A stretch of DNA of 40,991 nucleotides from a virus (IMGVR_UViG_3300017784_005923:1-40991), one strand, 5' to 3'. Shown: positions 18,690 through 28,984, counted from the stretch's first letter. A program made the numbers and translations. Notes: generated by a model from the letters alone, not told the origin.

Positions 18690-20090
18690 ATGTATAACGC
18701 AGAACATCTGCAAGAAAAATGGGCACCTCTATTAAATTGTGAAGGACTTGATCCAATCAAGGACGCACATCGTAGAGGAGTTACTGCAATCTTACTAGAA
18801 AATCAGGAAAGAGCACTACGCGAAGATCGTGGATTCCTTTCTGAAGCATCCCCAACTAACTCAGTTGGAACTGGTGGTTTTGGTGGTGGTACTTATGGTA
18901 CTGCTGCTGCAACCGGTCCTGTCGCTGGTTTCGATCCTGTTCTGATCTCCTTGATCAGACGTTCAATGCCACAACTAATTGCTTATGATATTTGTGGTGT
19001 TCAGCCAATGACTGGTCCTACTGGACTAATCTTTGCAATGAGAACACGTTACGGAACTAACCGTACTACTGGAACCGAAGGATTCTTCAACGAACCAGAT
19101 TCGAGATTCTCCGGTCAAGACGCTAACTTTGATATTGCTGCAAGTGATTATACTGCACAAGCATCTGTTGGTATCGCAACAACTGCTGCCCAAACCAATA
19201 ACAACCCTGCACTTCTTAATGATGTCTCTCCTGGCATCTACAATGTAGGACAAGCAATGGCCACAGCGGACTCTGAGGCACTTGGAGACGGTGCAAATAA
19301 CGCATTCAACGAGATGAATTTCTCGATTGAAAAGGTTACTGTTGCTGCTAAGTCTAGAGCATTGAAAGCTAATTATTCGTTAGAACTTGCTCAAGATCTT
19401 AAGGCTATTCATGGTCTTGATGCTGAAGCAGAACTTGCAAATATTCTTTCGACTGAAATCCTTGCGGAAATCAACAGAGAAGTTGTTCGTACTGTTTATC
19501 AAATTGCTGAAGCTGGTGCTCAAGCAAATACTGCTACTGCTGGTATCTTCGATCTCGACGTTGATTCTAATGGTCGTTGGTCTGTTGAGAAATTCAAAGG
19601 TCTTCTTTTCCAACTAGAGCGCGATGCTAACGCTATCGCACAAAGAACTCGTCGTGGAAAAGGTAACATGATTATCTGTTCCGCTGACGTTGCTTCTGCT
19701 CTCACCATGGCAGGTGTACTTGATTACACCCCCGCTCTTAATGTCAATCTTAATGTTGACGATACTGCTAGCACCTTTGCTGGTGTTATTAATGGTAAGT
19801 ATAAAGTTTATATTGACCCATATTCTGCTAACATTTCTGCTCAGCAGTATTATGTTATCGGATTTAAAGGTGCAACTCCTTATGATGCAGGACTATTCTA
19901 TTGTCCTTATGTTCCCCTCCAAATGGTTCGTGCCGTTGGTCAGGATGATTTCCAACCAAAAATCGGATTTAAAACCCGTTACGGTATGGTTGCTAATCCA
20001 TTTGCTGAAGGAACTGATCAAGGCCTTGGTAGACTTAAGACCAACTCTAACCGTTACTACAGAAGAGTACAAGTTAAAAATCTTATGTAA
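18690..20090 (+). CDS. gp23: Major capsid protein gp23
   Basis: L.EKW.PLL, LIRRSMP.LIAYDICGVQPM.GPTGLIFAMR, ELAQDLKAIHGLDAE.EL and FQPKIGFKTRYG motifs. Confidence 0.99.
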   Translation: MYNAEHLQEKWAPLLNCEGLDPIKDAHRRGVTAILLENQERALREDRGFLSEASPTNSVGTGGFGGGTYGTAAATGPVAGFDPVLISLIRRSMPQLIAYDICGVQPMTGPTGLIFAMRTRYGTNRTTGTEGFFNEPDSRFSGQDANFDIAASDYTAQASVGIATTAAQTNNNPALLNDVSPGIYNVGQAMATADSEALGDGANNAFNEMNFSIEKVTVAAKSRALKANYSLELAQDLKAIHGLDAEAELANILSTEILAEINREVVRTVYQIAEAGAQANTATAGIFDLDVDSNGRWSVEKFKGLLFQLERDANAIAQRTRRGKGNMIICSADVASALTMAGVLDYTPALNVNLNVDDTASTFAGVINGKYKVYIDPYSANISAQQYYVIGFKGATPYDAGLFYCPYVPLQMVRAVGQDDFQPKIGFKTRYGMVANPFAEGTDQGLGRLKTNSNRYYRRVQVKNLM

Positions 20091-20110
20091 TTTAGATTCA
20101 CATATATTTC

Positions 20111-20137
20111 AAGGAGTCCTTAGGGACTCCTTTTTTT
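20111..20137 (+). terminator. Intrinsic terminator after gp23
   Basis: GGAGTCC/GGACTCC stem followed by T7. Confidence 0.9.
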
Positions 20138-20159
20138 GTCTAAATAAAAATAAAAGAAT

Positions 20160-20762
20160 ATGAAAGCATTAGAGTTAGAGTTATTGAGTCCTAAATTACA
20201 GACTCCATACAGTAAGCAAATAAGTAATCGTAATTATTTGTCCCCAGTTGGATTTAAATTTATATTATCAAGATATCCTAGAGTTGATTTTTTTTGCACC
20301 AAAGCAGGTATACCTGGGGTGAAACTTGGTGTCGCAATTCAACCAACATACTTAAAGGATATTCCAATCCCTGGTGATAAATTAGAATACGAAGATTTAG
20401 TTTTAGATTTTCTAGTTGATGAAGATCTTGTTAATTATATTGAAGTATATAACTGGTTAATTGGTTTAGGATATCCAGAAAACATTTCACAATTTAATGA
20501 ATGGAGAACAACAAATACAACAGACCCATCTATAGGTGGTAAGGACATTAGAAACATATACTCAGATGCAACTTTGCAAGTTTTGAATAGTAACTTTCAA
20601 CCACAAGCAAATATCAAATTTAGAGATATCTTCCCAACTTCTTTAACTGGATTATCTTTTGATACAACAAAAAAAGATTATGATTATTTTACAGCAAGAG
20701 TCAATTTTAAGTACACTATATACAATATAAAAGACAAAAATTATAATGAGTATGAACCTTGA
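20160..20762 (+). CDS. gp3: Tail completion/tube terminator protein gp3
   Basis: N.NYLSP.GF.F, PGDK..Y..L...FLVDEDL.NY and SDATL..LNSN...F.D.FP.SL..L.FD motifs, located after gp23. Confidence 0.88.
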   Translation: MKALELELLSPKLQTPYSKQISNRNYLSPVGFKFILSRYPRVDFFCTKAGIPGVKLGVAIQPTYLKDIPIPGDKLEYEDLVLDFLVDEDLVNYIEVYNWLIGLGYPENISQFNEWRTTNTTDPSIGGKDIRNIYSDATLQVLNSNFQPQANIKFRDIFPTSLTGLSFDTTKKDYDYFTARVNFKYTIYNIKDKNYNEYEP

Positions 20763-21183
20763 TGAAATACAAGAATTATGGGAAAATGATTCAAATATAG
20801 ATGTTGATAACTTACATTTAGAATCTATAAAGATACCACAACTTCATGCCAAGTATTATAAAATTTACAATACTATATGTTTACTTAAAAAGAAATCCTT
20901 AGAAGATTATAATAAATTAAAAAAAGAAAGATATGAATATTACAGTGGAAAATCTTCACCAGAAATTTATTCTGAAGAACCATTTCCATATAAAGTTCGT
21001 GATAAAGAATCTATGAATAGGTATATTGATTCTGATAACAAACTTTCTTCAACTAGATTAAAAAATGAATATTATGATTCAATGTTAAGGTACTTAGAAG
21101 ATATTATTAAGACAATTCATAATCGAACATATCAAATTAAAAATGCTATTGATTGGCAAAAGTTCCAAGCAGGATATGAGTAA
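20746..21183 (+). CDS. uvsY: Recombination mediator UvsY
   Basis: W..DS.ID...L..ES..IP.LH.KY and R.YQIKNAI.W.KF.AG motifs. Confidence 0.93.
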   Translation: MSMNLDEIQELWENDSNIDVDNLHLESIKIPQLHAKYYKIYNTICLLKKKSLEDYNKLKKERYEYYSGKSSPEIYSEEPFPYKVRDKESMNRYIDSDNKLSSTRLKNEYYDSMLRYLEDIIKTIHNRTYQIKNAIDWQKFQAGYE

Positions 21184-22642
21184 CATTGTAATTTCAAAAA
21201 AGAATGAAGTTTATTTACATATTGAGGCTGAAGCTCATATATGTCAAGAATTAAACGATCTATTTACTTTTGAAGTTCCTGGTGCAAAATTTATGCCACA
21301 GTATAGAAGCAAACATTGGGATGGAAAAATACGATTATTCAATTTGACTAAAAACGAATTATATGTCGGACTATTAGATAAGTTAGTAAATTTTGCTGAT
21401 TCTAGTAATTATACTTATGAGTTTAAGAATAATAAATTTTATGGATTACCTTTTGAAGTAAACGAAAATATTTCTTATGAAGGAGTATCTGATTATATCA
21501 CATCTATCTCATGTCATAAACCAAGAGATTATCAAATAGAAAGTGTTTATGATGCATTAAAAAATAATAGAAGACTTTTAATATCCCCAACTGCATCTGG
21601 TAAATCGTTAATGATTTACTCAATAACTCGTTATTATACAGAAAAGGGATTATCTACTTTAATTGTAGTTCCTACAACATCTCTTGTAGAACAAATGTAT
21701 AAAGACTTTTCAAGTTATGGATGGAAGTCTGAAGATTATTGTCATATGATTTATTCTGGAAAGGAAAAATATGATATTAATCATCCAGTAGTTATTACGA
21801 CTTGGCAATCAATTTATAAAGAGCCTTTAAAATGGTTTGATCGTTTTCGTGTTGTGATTGGAGATGAGGCACATTTATTTAAATCAAAGTCTCTTGTTGA
21901 TATCATGACTAAATTATTAGACTGCAAGCATAGATTTGGTCTTACTGGAACTTTAGACGGCACACAGACGCATAAATGGGTCTTAGAGGGGTTGTTTGGC
22001 CCTTCTTACAAAGTCATTCAAACTAAAGAATTAATTGAAAAAGGACATTTATCAAATTTAAATATTAAAATATTATTATTAAAACATAATGGAATTAAAT
22101 TTGATAATTATGAAGAAGAAGTTCAATTTATTATAGGTAATGATAGAAGAAATTCTTTTATTAAAAATTTAACTTTAGACTTAAAAGGAAATACTTTAGT
22201 ATTGTTTAGTAGAGTTGATTCTCATGGGAGGGTTCTTTATGATCTTATAAATAATTTTAAGGACAAGGAAAGAAAAGTTTTCTTTGTTTATGGTGGAGTT
22301 GATGTAAAAGAAAGAGAAGAAGTTAGAAGGATAGTTGAAGAAGAACAAAATGCAATTATCATTGCTTCCTACGGTACATTTTCTACTGGAATTAATATTA
22401 AAAATTTACATAATGTTGTTTTTGCTTCTCCTAGTAAATCAAGAATTAGGAATCTTCAATCAATTGGAAGAGTTCTTAGAAAAGGCCAAGATAAAGTAGA
22501 AGCAGTTCTTTATGATATTGCAGATGATATATCATTAAAATCTTCTAAAAATTACACATTAAACCATCTGATAGAAAGAATAAAAATCTATAACGAAGAG
22601 TCTTTTAATTATAGTATTATTAATGTAAACTTAAAGATATAA
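21176..22642 (+). CDS. uvsW: UvsW RNA-DNA/DNA helicase
   Basis: WDGKIRLF, PRDYQ, SPTASGKS, DEAH, GLTGT and QSIGRVLR motifs. ATG 21176 (overlapping the uvsY end) is preferred over 21143. Confidence 0.96.
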   Translation: MSNIVISKKNEVYLHIEAEAHICQELNDLFTFEVPGAKFMPQYRSKHWDGKIRLFNLTKNELYVGLLDKLVNFADSSNYTYEFKNNKFYGLPFEVNENISYEGVSDYITSISCHKPRDYQIESVYDALKNNRRLLISPTASGKSLMIYSITRYYTEKGLSTLIVVPTTSLVEQMYKDFSSYGWKSEDYCHMIYSGKEKYDINHPVVITTWQSIYKEPLKWFDRFRVVIGDEAHLFKSKSLVDIMTKLLDCKHRFGLTGTLDGTQTHKWVLEGLFGPSYKVIQTKELIEKGHLSNLNIKILLLKHNGIKFDNYEEEVQFIIGNDRRNSFIKNLTLDLKGNTLVLFSRVDSHGRVLYDLINNFKDKERKVFFVYGGVDVKEREEVRRIVEEEQNAIIIASYGTFSTGINIKNLHNVVFASPSKSRIRNLQSIGRVLRKGQDKVEAVLYDIADDISLKSSKNYTLNHLIERIKIYNEESFNYSIINVNLKI

Positions 22643-22645
22643 AAT

Positions 22646-23041
22646 ATGGAAGAAGAGTTCTATTCAGTATTAAAGCTTGTATCTGGTGAAGAAATAATGG
22701 CTAAGGTTTGTCCTTGTTATGAAGAAGATGGAATTGTTTTAATCTTAGATAATCCTATTGTTATAAAAGATATTATCTTTACTAAAAGTGGTTCTAAAGC
22801 ATATAAAGTAGAACCATGGATTAAGATAATTGAAGATGAAATATTCTTTATTAATATGGATAAGGTTATTACTATGACTGAAGTATCTGATATTAGTACA
22901 TTAAAGATGTATAGGAGATATGTTAAAGAGAACTCTAGTGAAGCAGTTTCTTCTAGGGTTAGTCCATCTAAATCTACTGGATATATCTCTAGTGTATCTG
23001 AATTCAAGAATACCTTAGAGAATCTCTATAAGAGTAACTAA
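22646..23041 (+). CDS. Conserved hypothetical protein (putative Sm-like fold)
   Basis: KLVSGEEI.A.V...L.NP...PW...I..DKVITM.E pattern, at the usual position between uvsW and gp55. Confidence 0.75.
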   Translation: MEEEFYSVLKLVSGEEIMAKVCPCYEEDGIVLILDNPIVIKDIIFTKSGSKAYKVEPWIKIIEDEIFFINMDKVITMTEVSDISTLKMYRRYVKENSSEAVSSRVSPSKSTGYISSVSEFKNTLENLYKSN

Positions 23042-23066
23042 GGTTCCTTTCAAACCCAACAGACTC

Positions 23067-23095
23067 ATTCTACACATATTCGGGATACTTGTCAA
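23067..23095 (-). promoter_or_regulatory. Antisense sigma70-like promoter
   Basis: Minus strand reads TTGACA-agtatcccgaatatgtg (17 nt)-TAGAAT. Confidence 0.65.
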
Positions 23096-23118
23096 GCCCC
23101 CCTCAAGTGTGGTATAAT
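23089..23118 (+). promoter_or_regulatory. Sigma70-like promoter for the gp55 operon
   Basis: TTGTCA-18 nt-TATAAT with an extended -10 (TGgTATAAT), 25 nt upstream of ATG 23144. Confidence 0.75.
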
Positions 23119-23143
23119 TGTAAGTAAGATATGAGAAAAAACA

Positions 23144-23638
23144 ATGACCATGGTGACACCAAAAAGAAAAAAAGACTCAGAACATTACGTAAATAACAAA
23201 GACTTCCTGTATGCCATAGTTGAGTATAAAAAACTAATAAGTCTTTCTGAGTCTGAGAATTCACAGAAACCTCGTATTACACATTATATTGGAGAGTGCT
23301 TTCTAAAGATTGCTACCCATTTATCATACAAACCAAACTTTGTTAATTACATGTTTAGAGAAGATATGATATCTGATGGTATAGAAAATTGTGTACAATA
23401 CATTAATAACTTTAATCCAGAAAAATCAACCAATCCATTTGCATATTTTACTCAGATTATTTACTTTGCTTTCTTACGTAGAATTGCTAAAGAGAAAAAA
23501 CAATTAGAAATTAAAAATAAAATCTTAGAGCAATCTGGATTTGATGAAGTCTTTGTTTCAGATAATAATATTTTGAGTGGATCAATTTCTGATATGAACA
23601 GTATTAAAAATAATATTCAAACAAAAATGCATTATTAA
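23144..23638 (+). CDS. gp55: Late-transcription sigma factor gp55
   Basis: HYVNNK.F, YIGECFLKIA.HLS..PNF.NY..REDMI.DG.EN and NPFAYFTQI...AF.RRI.KEK motifs. Confidence 0.97.
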   Translation: MTMVTPKRKKDSEHYVNNKDFLYAIVEYKKLISLSESENSQKPRITHYIGECFLKIATHLSYKPNFVNYMFREDMISDGIENCVQYINNFNPEKSTNPFAYFTQIIYFAFLRRIAKEKKQLEIKNKILEQSGFDEVFVSDNNILSGSISDMNSIKNNIQTKMHY

Positions 23639-23639
23639 T

Positions 23640-24677
23640 ATGAAAGTTGCGATCATTACAGATCAACATTTTGGAGTTAAAAAATCAGATAAAATGTATC
23701 ATAATTACTTTAAAAAGTTTTATGACAATATATTCTTCCCAACATTAAAAGAACAAGGTATAACTCAATTAATTGATATGGGTGATACTTTTGATAATAG
23801 GAAGCACATTGATATCTGGTCTTTAAAATGGGCAAAGGAAAACTATTATAATATACTTTCAGAAACTGGAGTAAAAGTTCACACAATTGTAGGAAATCAT
23901 ACTGCATATTATAAAAACACAAACTCTGTAAATTCAGTTGATCTATTGATGAGAGAGTATAATAACATTCAAGTATATTCTGAAATATCTGAAGTCTTGA
24001 TTGATAAATTAAAAGTTCTTTTTGTTCCTTGGATTAATTCTGAAAATATAGAAGATAGTCTTAGTAAGATTAAATCCTCTACGTCTAATGTTATAATGGG
24101 TCATCTCGAATTGAATGGATTCACTCCTTATAAAGGACATGTAATGACAGAAGGAATGGACTGTGATATATTTCAAAATTTTAAATTAGTATTTTCTGGA
24201 CATTACCATACTAAATCTGATAATGGAAAAATATTTTATTTGGGTAATCCATATCAATTATATTGGAATGATGTAAATGATGTGAGAGGATTTCATATTT
24301 TTGATACTGAAACTTTTGAATTAGAATTTATATCAAATAATTATGAAATGTTTAAAATTATAGAATATAACGATACCCCATTATCATTATATAAGTACAA
24401 TGATTGTTTTGAAAAATATGTAAAATTGATTGTTAAGAAAAAATCAAATTCAAAACAGTTTGAAAAATTTTTTAATAAAATATTAGATGCTTCTCCTTTC
24501 GAATTAAAAGTTATTGATGAAATTCAAATTGATGATTGTGATATTGAAGTTTTAGAATCTGAAGGAACGGTTGCAATTTTAGACAAATATATAGATAACG
24601 CAGAAATTGATTTAAACAAAAGTGTATTAAAAACATTAATGGAATCAATTTACAAAGAAGCATCGGAAGTAGAATAA
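23640..24677 (+). CDS. gp47: Recombination endonuclease subunit gp47 (Mre11/SbcD-like)
   Basis: Phosphoesterase motifs TDQHFG, GDTFD, GNH, GHLE and SGHYH. Confidence 0.96.
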   Translation: MKVAIITDQHFGVKKSDKMYHNYFKKFYDNIFFPTLKEQGITQLIDMGDTFDNRKHIDIWSLKWAKENYYNILSETGVKVHTIVGNHTAYYKNTNSVNSVDLLMREYNNIQVYSEISEVLIDKLKVLFVPWINSENIEDSLSKIKSSTSNVIMGHLELNGFTPYKGHVMTEGMDCDIFQNFKLVFSGHYHTKSDNGKIFYLGNPYQLYWNDVNDVRGFHIFDTETFELEFISNNYEMFKIIEYNDTPLSLYKYNDCFEKYVKLIVKKKSNSKQFEKFFNKILDASPFELKVIDEIQIDDCDIEVLESEGTVAILDKYIDNAEIDLNKSVLKTLMESIYKEASEVE

Positions 24678-24949
24678 TGTTTGTTCTAGCTTTAAAAGGT
24701 AGAGAAAGCGAAGGTCTTTATGCTGCTGACAGCGAAGATGGAGATAGAGTTCTTTATTTGTTTAAAGAAGAGGACGATGCTCAAAGATTTGTTGGACTAA
24801 TGGAAGCAGATAACTTTCCAAAATTAGTAGTGATAGAGGTTGATGAGGAATCAACTATTACAGTATGTGAGGCAAATAAGTATAATTATGTTATAATAGA
24901 ACCAGATGATCTTATAATTCCTCCGAATGATAGTATTTCAAAAAATTAA
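24677..24949 (+). CDS. Conserved hypothetical protein (DUF3110-like)
   Basis: EG.YA......VLY.F.EEDDA.RF..L.EA pattern; overlaps both gp47 and gp46. Confidence 0.65.
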   Translation: MFVLALKGRESEGLYAADSEDGDRVLYLFKEEDDAQRFVGLMEADNFPKLVVIEVDEESTITVCEANKYNYVIIEPDDLIIPPNDSISKN

Positions 24950-26636
24950 ATGGAAGAACTTTCTTTCTACTGGACAGCATTTTACAGAAATTAATCTTAA
25001 TGAAAAATCTACAACATCAATTGTTGGTAAAAACGGATCAGGTAAAAGTACAGTTTTAGATGCCCTCACTTTTGTTTTATTCAATAAACCTTTTCGTAAA
25101 ATTAATAAACCACAACTATTAAATTCTACTAATGAAAAGGATTGTGTAGTCGAAATAGAGTTCTCAACTTCTAATGTAAATTGGAAGATTTGTAGAGGAA
25201 TCAAACCTAATATATTTGAGATTTATAAAAATGGAAATATTTTACAGCAAAGTGCAGATATAAAAGATGATCAAAAATTTTTAGAAACTAAAGTACTAAA
25301 ATTAAATTACAAATCTTTTACTCAAATTGTAATTCTAGGATCATCTACTTTTGTTCCATTTATGCAGTTGCCTTTGGCATCTAGAAGAGAAATCATAGAG
25401 GATCTTTTAGATATTAAAATATTCTCTGTAATGAATTCTATTCTTAAAGATAAAATAAAAACAATCCAAGAAGAAATTAAACAACTCAATTATAAAAAAA
25501 ATATAGTTGATGAAAAAACTTCGATGCAAGAAAATTTTATATACGAATTAAATGTAAAAGGTCAATCAGAAATTACCAGAAAGAATAATAAAATTTTAGA
25601 AATAACTAAAAATATTGAAACCTCAGAAAACAATTGTGGAAAATTATTAGATGAATCTGAAGAGATTGATATAGAAATACAAAAATACGTTAATTGCACT
25701 GGTAAATCTAGAAAGTTATATGATCTTCGAGGTAAATTACAGAATAAGTTAGATCGTTTGAATAAAGATAAATTATTTTTTGTCGAAAATGAAACTTGTC
25801 CAACATGCAGTCAGGTTATTAAAGGTGATGTAAAATCTCATAAAATTAAAGAACATGATAATTTTCTTTCTGAAATAAATTTGGGATTGAATGAACTTCA
25901 AAAACAACTTGAAAATAATCAAGATGAGGAAAAAAAATTAGCAAATCTTTCTTCTAATCTTTCTGAATTGAATAAACAAATACGAGATATTAACAATAAA
26001 TGTAAATATGATCATAAAATCATAAAAGATATTAAAGATGAAATATTTGATATTGAACATAATCTTGAAAACAAATTAGAAGAAACTGAAAAATTAAAGT
26101 CATTGAAAAAAGAAGTTAATTTAATTGAATCTGATTTAAATGAAAAAAGTGAAAGAATACAATATCACGATTTCATTTATTCTCTTCTTAAAGATAATGG
26201 GGTAAAATCTAAAATTATTAAAAATTATTTACCAGTAATTAATAAACAAGCAAATCGTTTTCTTCAAATGATGGATTTTTATATTAATTTTAATTTTGAT
26301 GATGAATTTAATGAAACTGTAAACACTCCAATACACGAAAACTTTTCTTACGAATCTTTTAGTGAGGGTGAAAAACAAAGAATTGATCTTGCTTTAGTAT
26401 TTACTTGGAGAGAAATTGCAAGAATGAAAAACTCTGTTAATACAAATCTTTTAATTTTAGATGAAGTATTTGATAGCTCTCTTGATATAAATGGTACTGA
26501 TGATTTTTTAAAAATTATTAACTACATAGTTAAGGATGCAAACATTTTTGTTATTTCTCATAAATCAGAAATGCATGACAAATTTGAAAATGTTATTCAA
26601 TTTGATAAGGTGAAGGGATTCAGTCGAATTGTATGA
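24927..26636 (+). CDS. gp46: Recombination endonuclease ATPase subunit gp46 (Rad50/SbcC-like)
   Basis: GKNGSGKST Walker A, CPTC zinc hook, FSEGEK signature, LILDEVFDSSLD and ISHK. Confidence 0.97.
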   Translation: MIVFQKIKWKNFLSTGQHFTEINLNEKSTTSIVGKNGSGKSTVLDALTFVLFNKPFRKINKPQLLNSTNEKDCVVEIEFSTSNVNWKICRGIKPNIFEIYKNGNILQQSADIKDDQKFLETKVLKLNYKSFTQIVILGSSTFVPFMQLPLASRREIIEDLLDIKIFSVMNSILKDKIKTIQEEIKQLNYKKNIVDEKTSMQENFIYELNVKGQSEITRKNNKILEITKNIETSENNCGKLLDESEEIDIEIQKYVNCTGKSRKLYDLRGKLQNKLDRLNKDKLFFVENETCPTCSQVIKGDVKSHKIKEHDNFLSEINLGLNELQKQLENNQDEEKKLANLSSNLSELNKQIRDINNKCKYDHKIIKDIKDEIFDIEHNLENKLEETEKLKSLKKEVNLIESDLNEKSERIQYHDFIYSLLKDNGVKSKIIKNYLPVINKQANRFLQMMDFYINFNFDDEFNETVNTPIHENFSYESFSEGEKQRIDLALVFTWREIARMKNSVNTNLLILDEVFDSSLDINGTDDFLKIINYIVKDANIFVISHKSEMHDKFENVIQFDKVKGFSRIV

Positions 26637-26665
26637 TATCATGAATTCACCCACAGAGAATCGCA

Positions 26666-26863
26666 ATGTCCCAGCAAGTTCCGAACTGGTTTCATCACAG
26701 CAAAAAGAAACAAAAACGAAAATTAAAACCACAGGCACTTCGACAAGCAAAGGCACGAAGAACTGCCTTGCTGAACCACTTAGATAAGTGTCACAAGACC
26801 TCCCACAACGGGGGGTTTTTTTCGTATTATGGTGTCAGTTCAATAAAACTCCATGCCAGTTAA
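26666..26863 (+). CDS. Small basic hypothetical protein
   Basis: PNWFHHSKKKQKRKLKPQALRQAKARR basic segment. The 3' part runs through a regulatory element and may not be under protein-level selection. Confidence 0.55.
   Translation: MSQQVPNWFHHSKKKQKRKLKPQALRQAKARRTALLNHLDKCHKTSHNGGFFSYYGVSSIKLHAS
26774..26830 (+). promoter_or_regulatory. Repeated promoter-like element with embedded terminator, copy 1
   Basis: AACCACTT-N4-AAGTGTCAC, then a 30 nt spacer containing the AAGACCTCCC/GGGGGGTTTT hairpin and T-run, then TATTAT. Near-identical to 30265..30321. Confidence 0.7.
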
Positions 26864-28976
26864 TTTCGAAATCAAATCTCAACTAGCTAAATTGCTCGCC
26901 ATAGAAGATCTTGTAGTAGAACACAAAAAAGTTTCTACTGCATGTTTTAATGTGCATACCCGAGTTTTGACTTTACCCATGTGGGAAAAAGCAAGTAATG
27001 TTGTGTATGATATGTTAGTTGGTCATGAAGTTGGTCATGCTTTATATACCAGTTATGCAGACTGGAATCAAGATTTTAAAATTCCAAAATCAATTATGAA
27101 TATTGTGGAAGATGCTCGTGTTGAAAAATTAATGAAGCGTCGTTATCCTGGAATCGCTAAAACTTTCTATACTGGATATAAAGAACTTAATGATGATGAT
27201 TTTTTAAAAGTTAAAGGAAATGATATATCAAAGATGAATCTTGTTGACAGAGCTAATCTTTGGTTTAAAATTGGTAATTATATAAATGTTCCAATCAATA
27301 GAAATGAAATTGAAATTATTAATATGATTGCTGACGCTGAAACATTTCAAGATGTTATTAAGGCTTCAATAGCATTATACGAATTTTGTAAAAATGAAGA
27401 ATTAACTAAAGAACAGAATCTTCTTGATACTGAAATTCCAAATAAAGATTCTGAAAATGATTTAAGTTCAGAATCAATGAATTCTAAATTCGAAAATAAT
27501 GATAACGAGGATACGAATACAAATTCAAAAGAAGAAAGATTATCTGATGATAATTTTGAAAATTCGAATTTAAATAAACCTGATGAAGAATTTATTCCAG
27601 AAGTTAAAACTATGGATGCTATGAATGATGCTATTGAAAAATTAATCAATATGGATGGTGATGAAAATCACTATTTAGAAATTCCTAAATTGGATTTAAA
27701 TACAGTCATTATAAAAAACGAAGAAATTCATGATTATATTAATGACTGTTGGAATCATATTGAACTTGATAGGTTTTATTATTCGGATACTGCATATTAT
27801 AAATTTAAAAATAACTCTAAAAAAGAAGTAAGTTATCTTGTAAAAGAATTTGAATGTAAAAAATCAGCAGATCAATATAGTCGTTCTACAACTGCTAAAA
27901 CTGGAGTTCTTAATACTTCTAAACTTCATACTTACAAATTCAATGAAGATTTATTTAAAAAAATATCAATGATTCCTGATGGAAAAAATCACGGATTGAT
28001 ATTTATTTTAGATTGGTCTGGGTCAATGGGAAATGTTATGACGGATACTCTCAAACAGTTATATAATATTTTATGGTTTTGTAGAAAAGTTAATATTCCA
28101 TTTGAAGTTTATGCATTTACTGGAGAGTGGAATTATAAACCATCTCTAAATTCAAAAGGTGTTATGGTTTATCCTCAACCACATTATAAAAAAAAGGAAA
28201 ATGTTTTTTGTGTAAGTACAGACTTTTCATTATTAAATATGTTTAGTAGTGAGGTTAATAATAAAACTCTTGACATGCAAATGTGTAATATTTTTAGAAT
28301 TTCATCTCAAATTAATACATCATGTTCTAGATATTCAATTCCTCATAAATTATCTTTATCTGGAACTCCTTTAAATGAAAGTTTAATATCTCTTCATCAA
28401 ATCATTCCCGAATTTAAAACTAAAAACAAACTTCAAAAAGCTCATTGCATTATTCTTACTGATGGTGAATCAAATGCTTTAAATTACCACGTTCAAATTA
28501 ATCGTAATTATTTAGAGAGTGAACCTTATATGGGATTACGAAGTGTAAATAAAAATTGTTTTATTCGTAATAGAAAAACAGGTATGGTTTATCCTCTTAG
28601 TAATACTAACAATATAGACAAAAATTTTACAAATACTCTTTTACATGATTTAAGAGAAACATTCCCTAAAGTAATCTTTATTGGAATTAGAATAATTGCA
28701 AATAGAGATTCTGGATACTTTATTCGTTCAAATAGTAGTTCAGAAAATTATGATAAAAATCAAACTCAATGGAAAAAAGAACGTAGCATTATTTTAACTG
28801 AATCTGGATATCACAAATATTTTGGAATGTCTTCCTCTGTTCTTTCTAATGAGGTTGAATTTAATGTTGATGAAGATGCATCAAAATCTACAATTAGAAA
28901 TGCCTTTAAAAAATCTTTAAATTCTAAAAAAATGAATAAAAAGTTTTTAAATGAATTTATTCAACTTGTTGCATAG
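26853..28976 (+). CDS. Metallopeptidase-like plus vWA domain protein (CobT-like partner of the MoxR ATPase)
   Basis: N-terminal HEVGH...EDARVE, acidic linker, MIDAS motif DWSGS, GTPL and LTDGE. Confidence 0.88.
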   Translation: MPVNFEIKSQLAKLLAIEDLVVEHKKVSTACFNVHTRVLTLPMWEKASNVVYDMLVGHEVGHALYTSYADWNQDFKIPKSIMNIVEDARVEKLMKRRYPGIAKTFYTGYKELNDDDFLKVKGNDISKMNLVDRANLWFKIGNYINVPINRNEIEIINMIADAETFQDVIKASIALYEFCKNEELTKEQNLLDTEIPNKDSENDLSSESMNSKFENNDNEDTNTNSKEERLSDDNFENSNLNKPDEEFIPEVKTMDAMNDAIEKLINMDGDENHYLEIPKLDLNTVIIKNEEIHDYINDCWNHIELDRFYYSDTAYYKFKNNSKKEVSYLVKEFECKKSADQYSRSTTAKTGVLNTSKLHTYKFNEDLFKKISMIPDGKNHGLIFILDWSGSMGNVMTDTLKQLYNILWFCRKVNIPFEVYAFTGEWNYKPSLNSKGVMVYPQPHYKKKENVFCVSTDFSLLNMFSSEVNNKTLDMQMCNIFRISSQINTSCSRYSIPHKLSLSGTPLNESLISLHQIIPEFKTKNKLQKAHCIILTDGESNALNYHVQINRNYLESEPYMGLRSVNKNCFIRNRKTGMVYPLSNTNNIDKNFTNTLLHDLRETFPKVIFIGIRIIANRDSGYFIRSNSSSENYDKNQTQWKKERSIILTESGYHKYFGMSSSVLSNEVEFNVDEDASKSTIRNAFKKSLNSKKMNKKFLNEFIQLVA

Positions 28977-28984
28977 TATAAATA
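28977..28984 (+). promoter_or_regulatory. T4-type late promoter
   Basis: Exact TATAAATA directly after the TAG, 23 nt upstream of ATG 29008. Confidence 0.75.
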
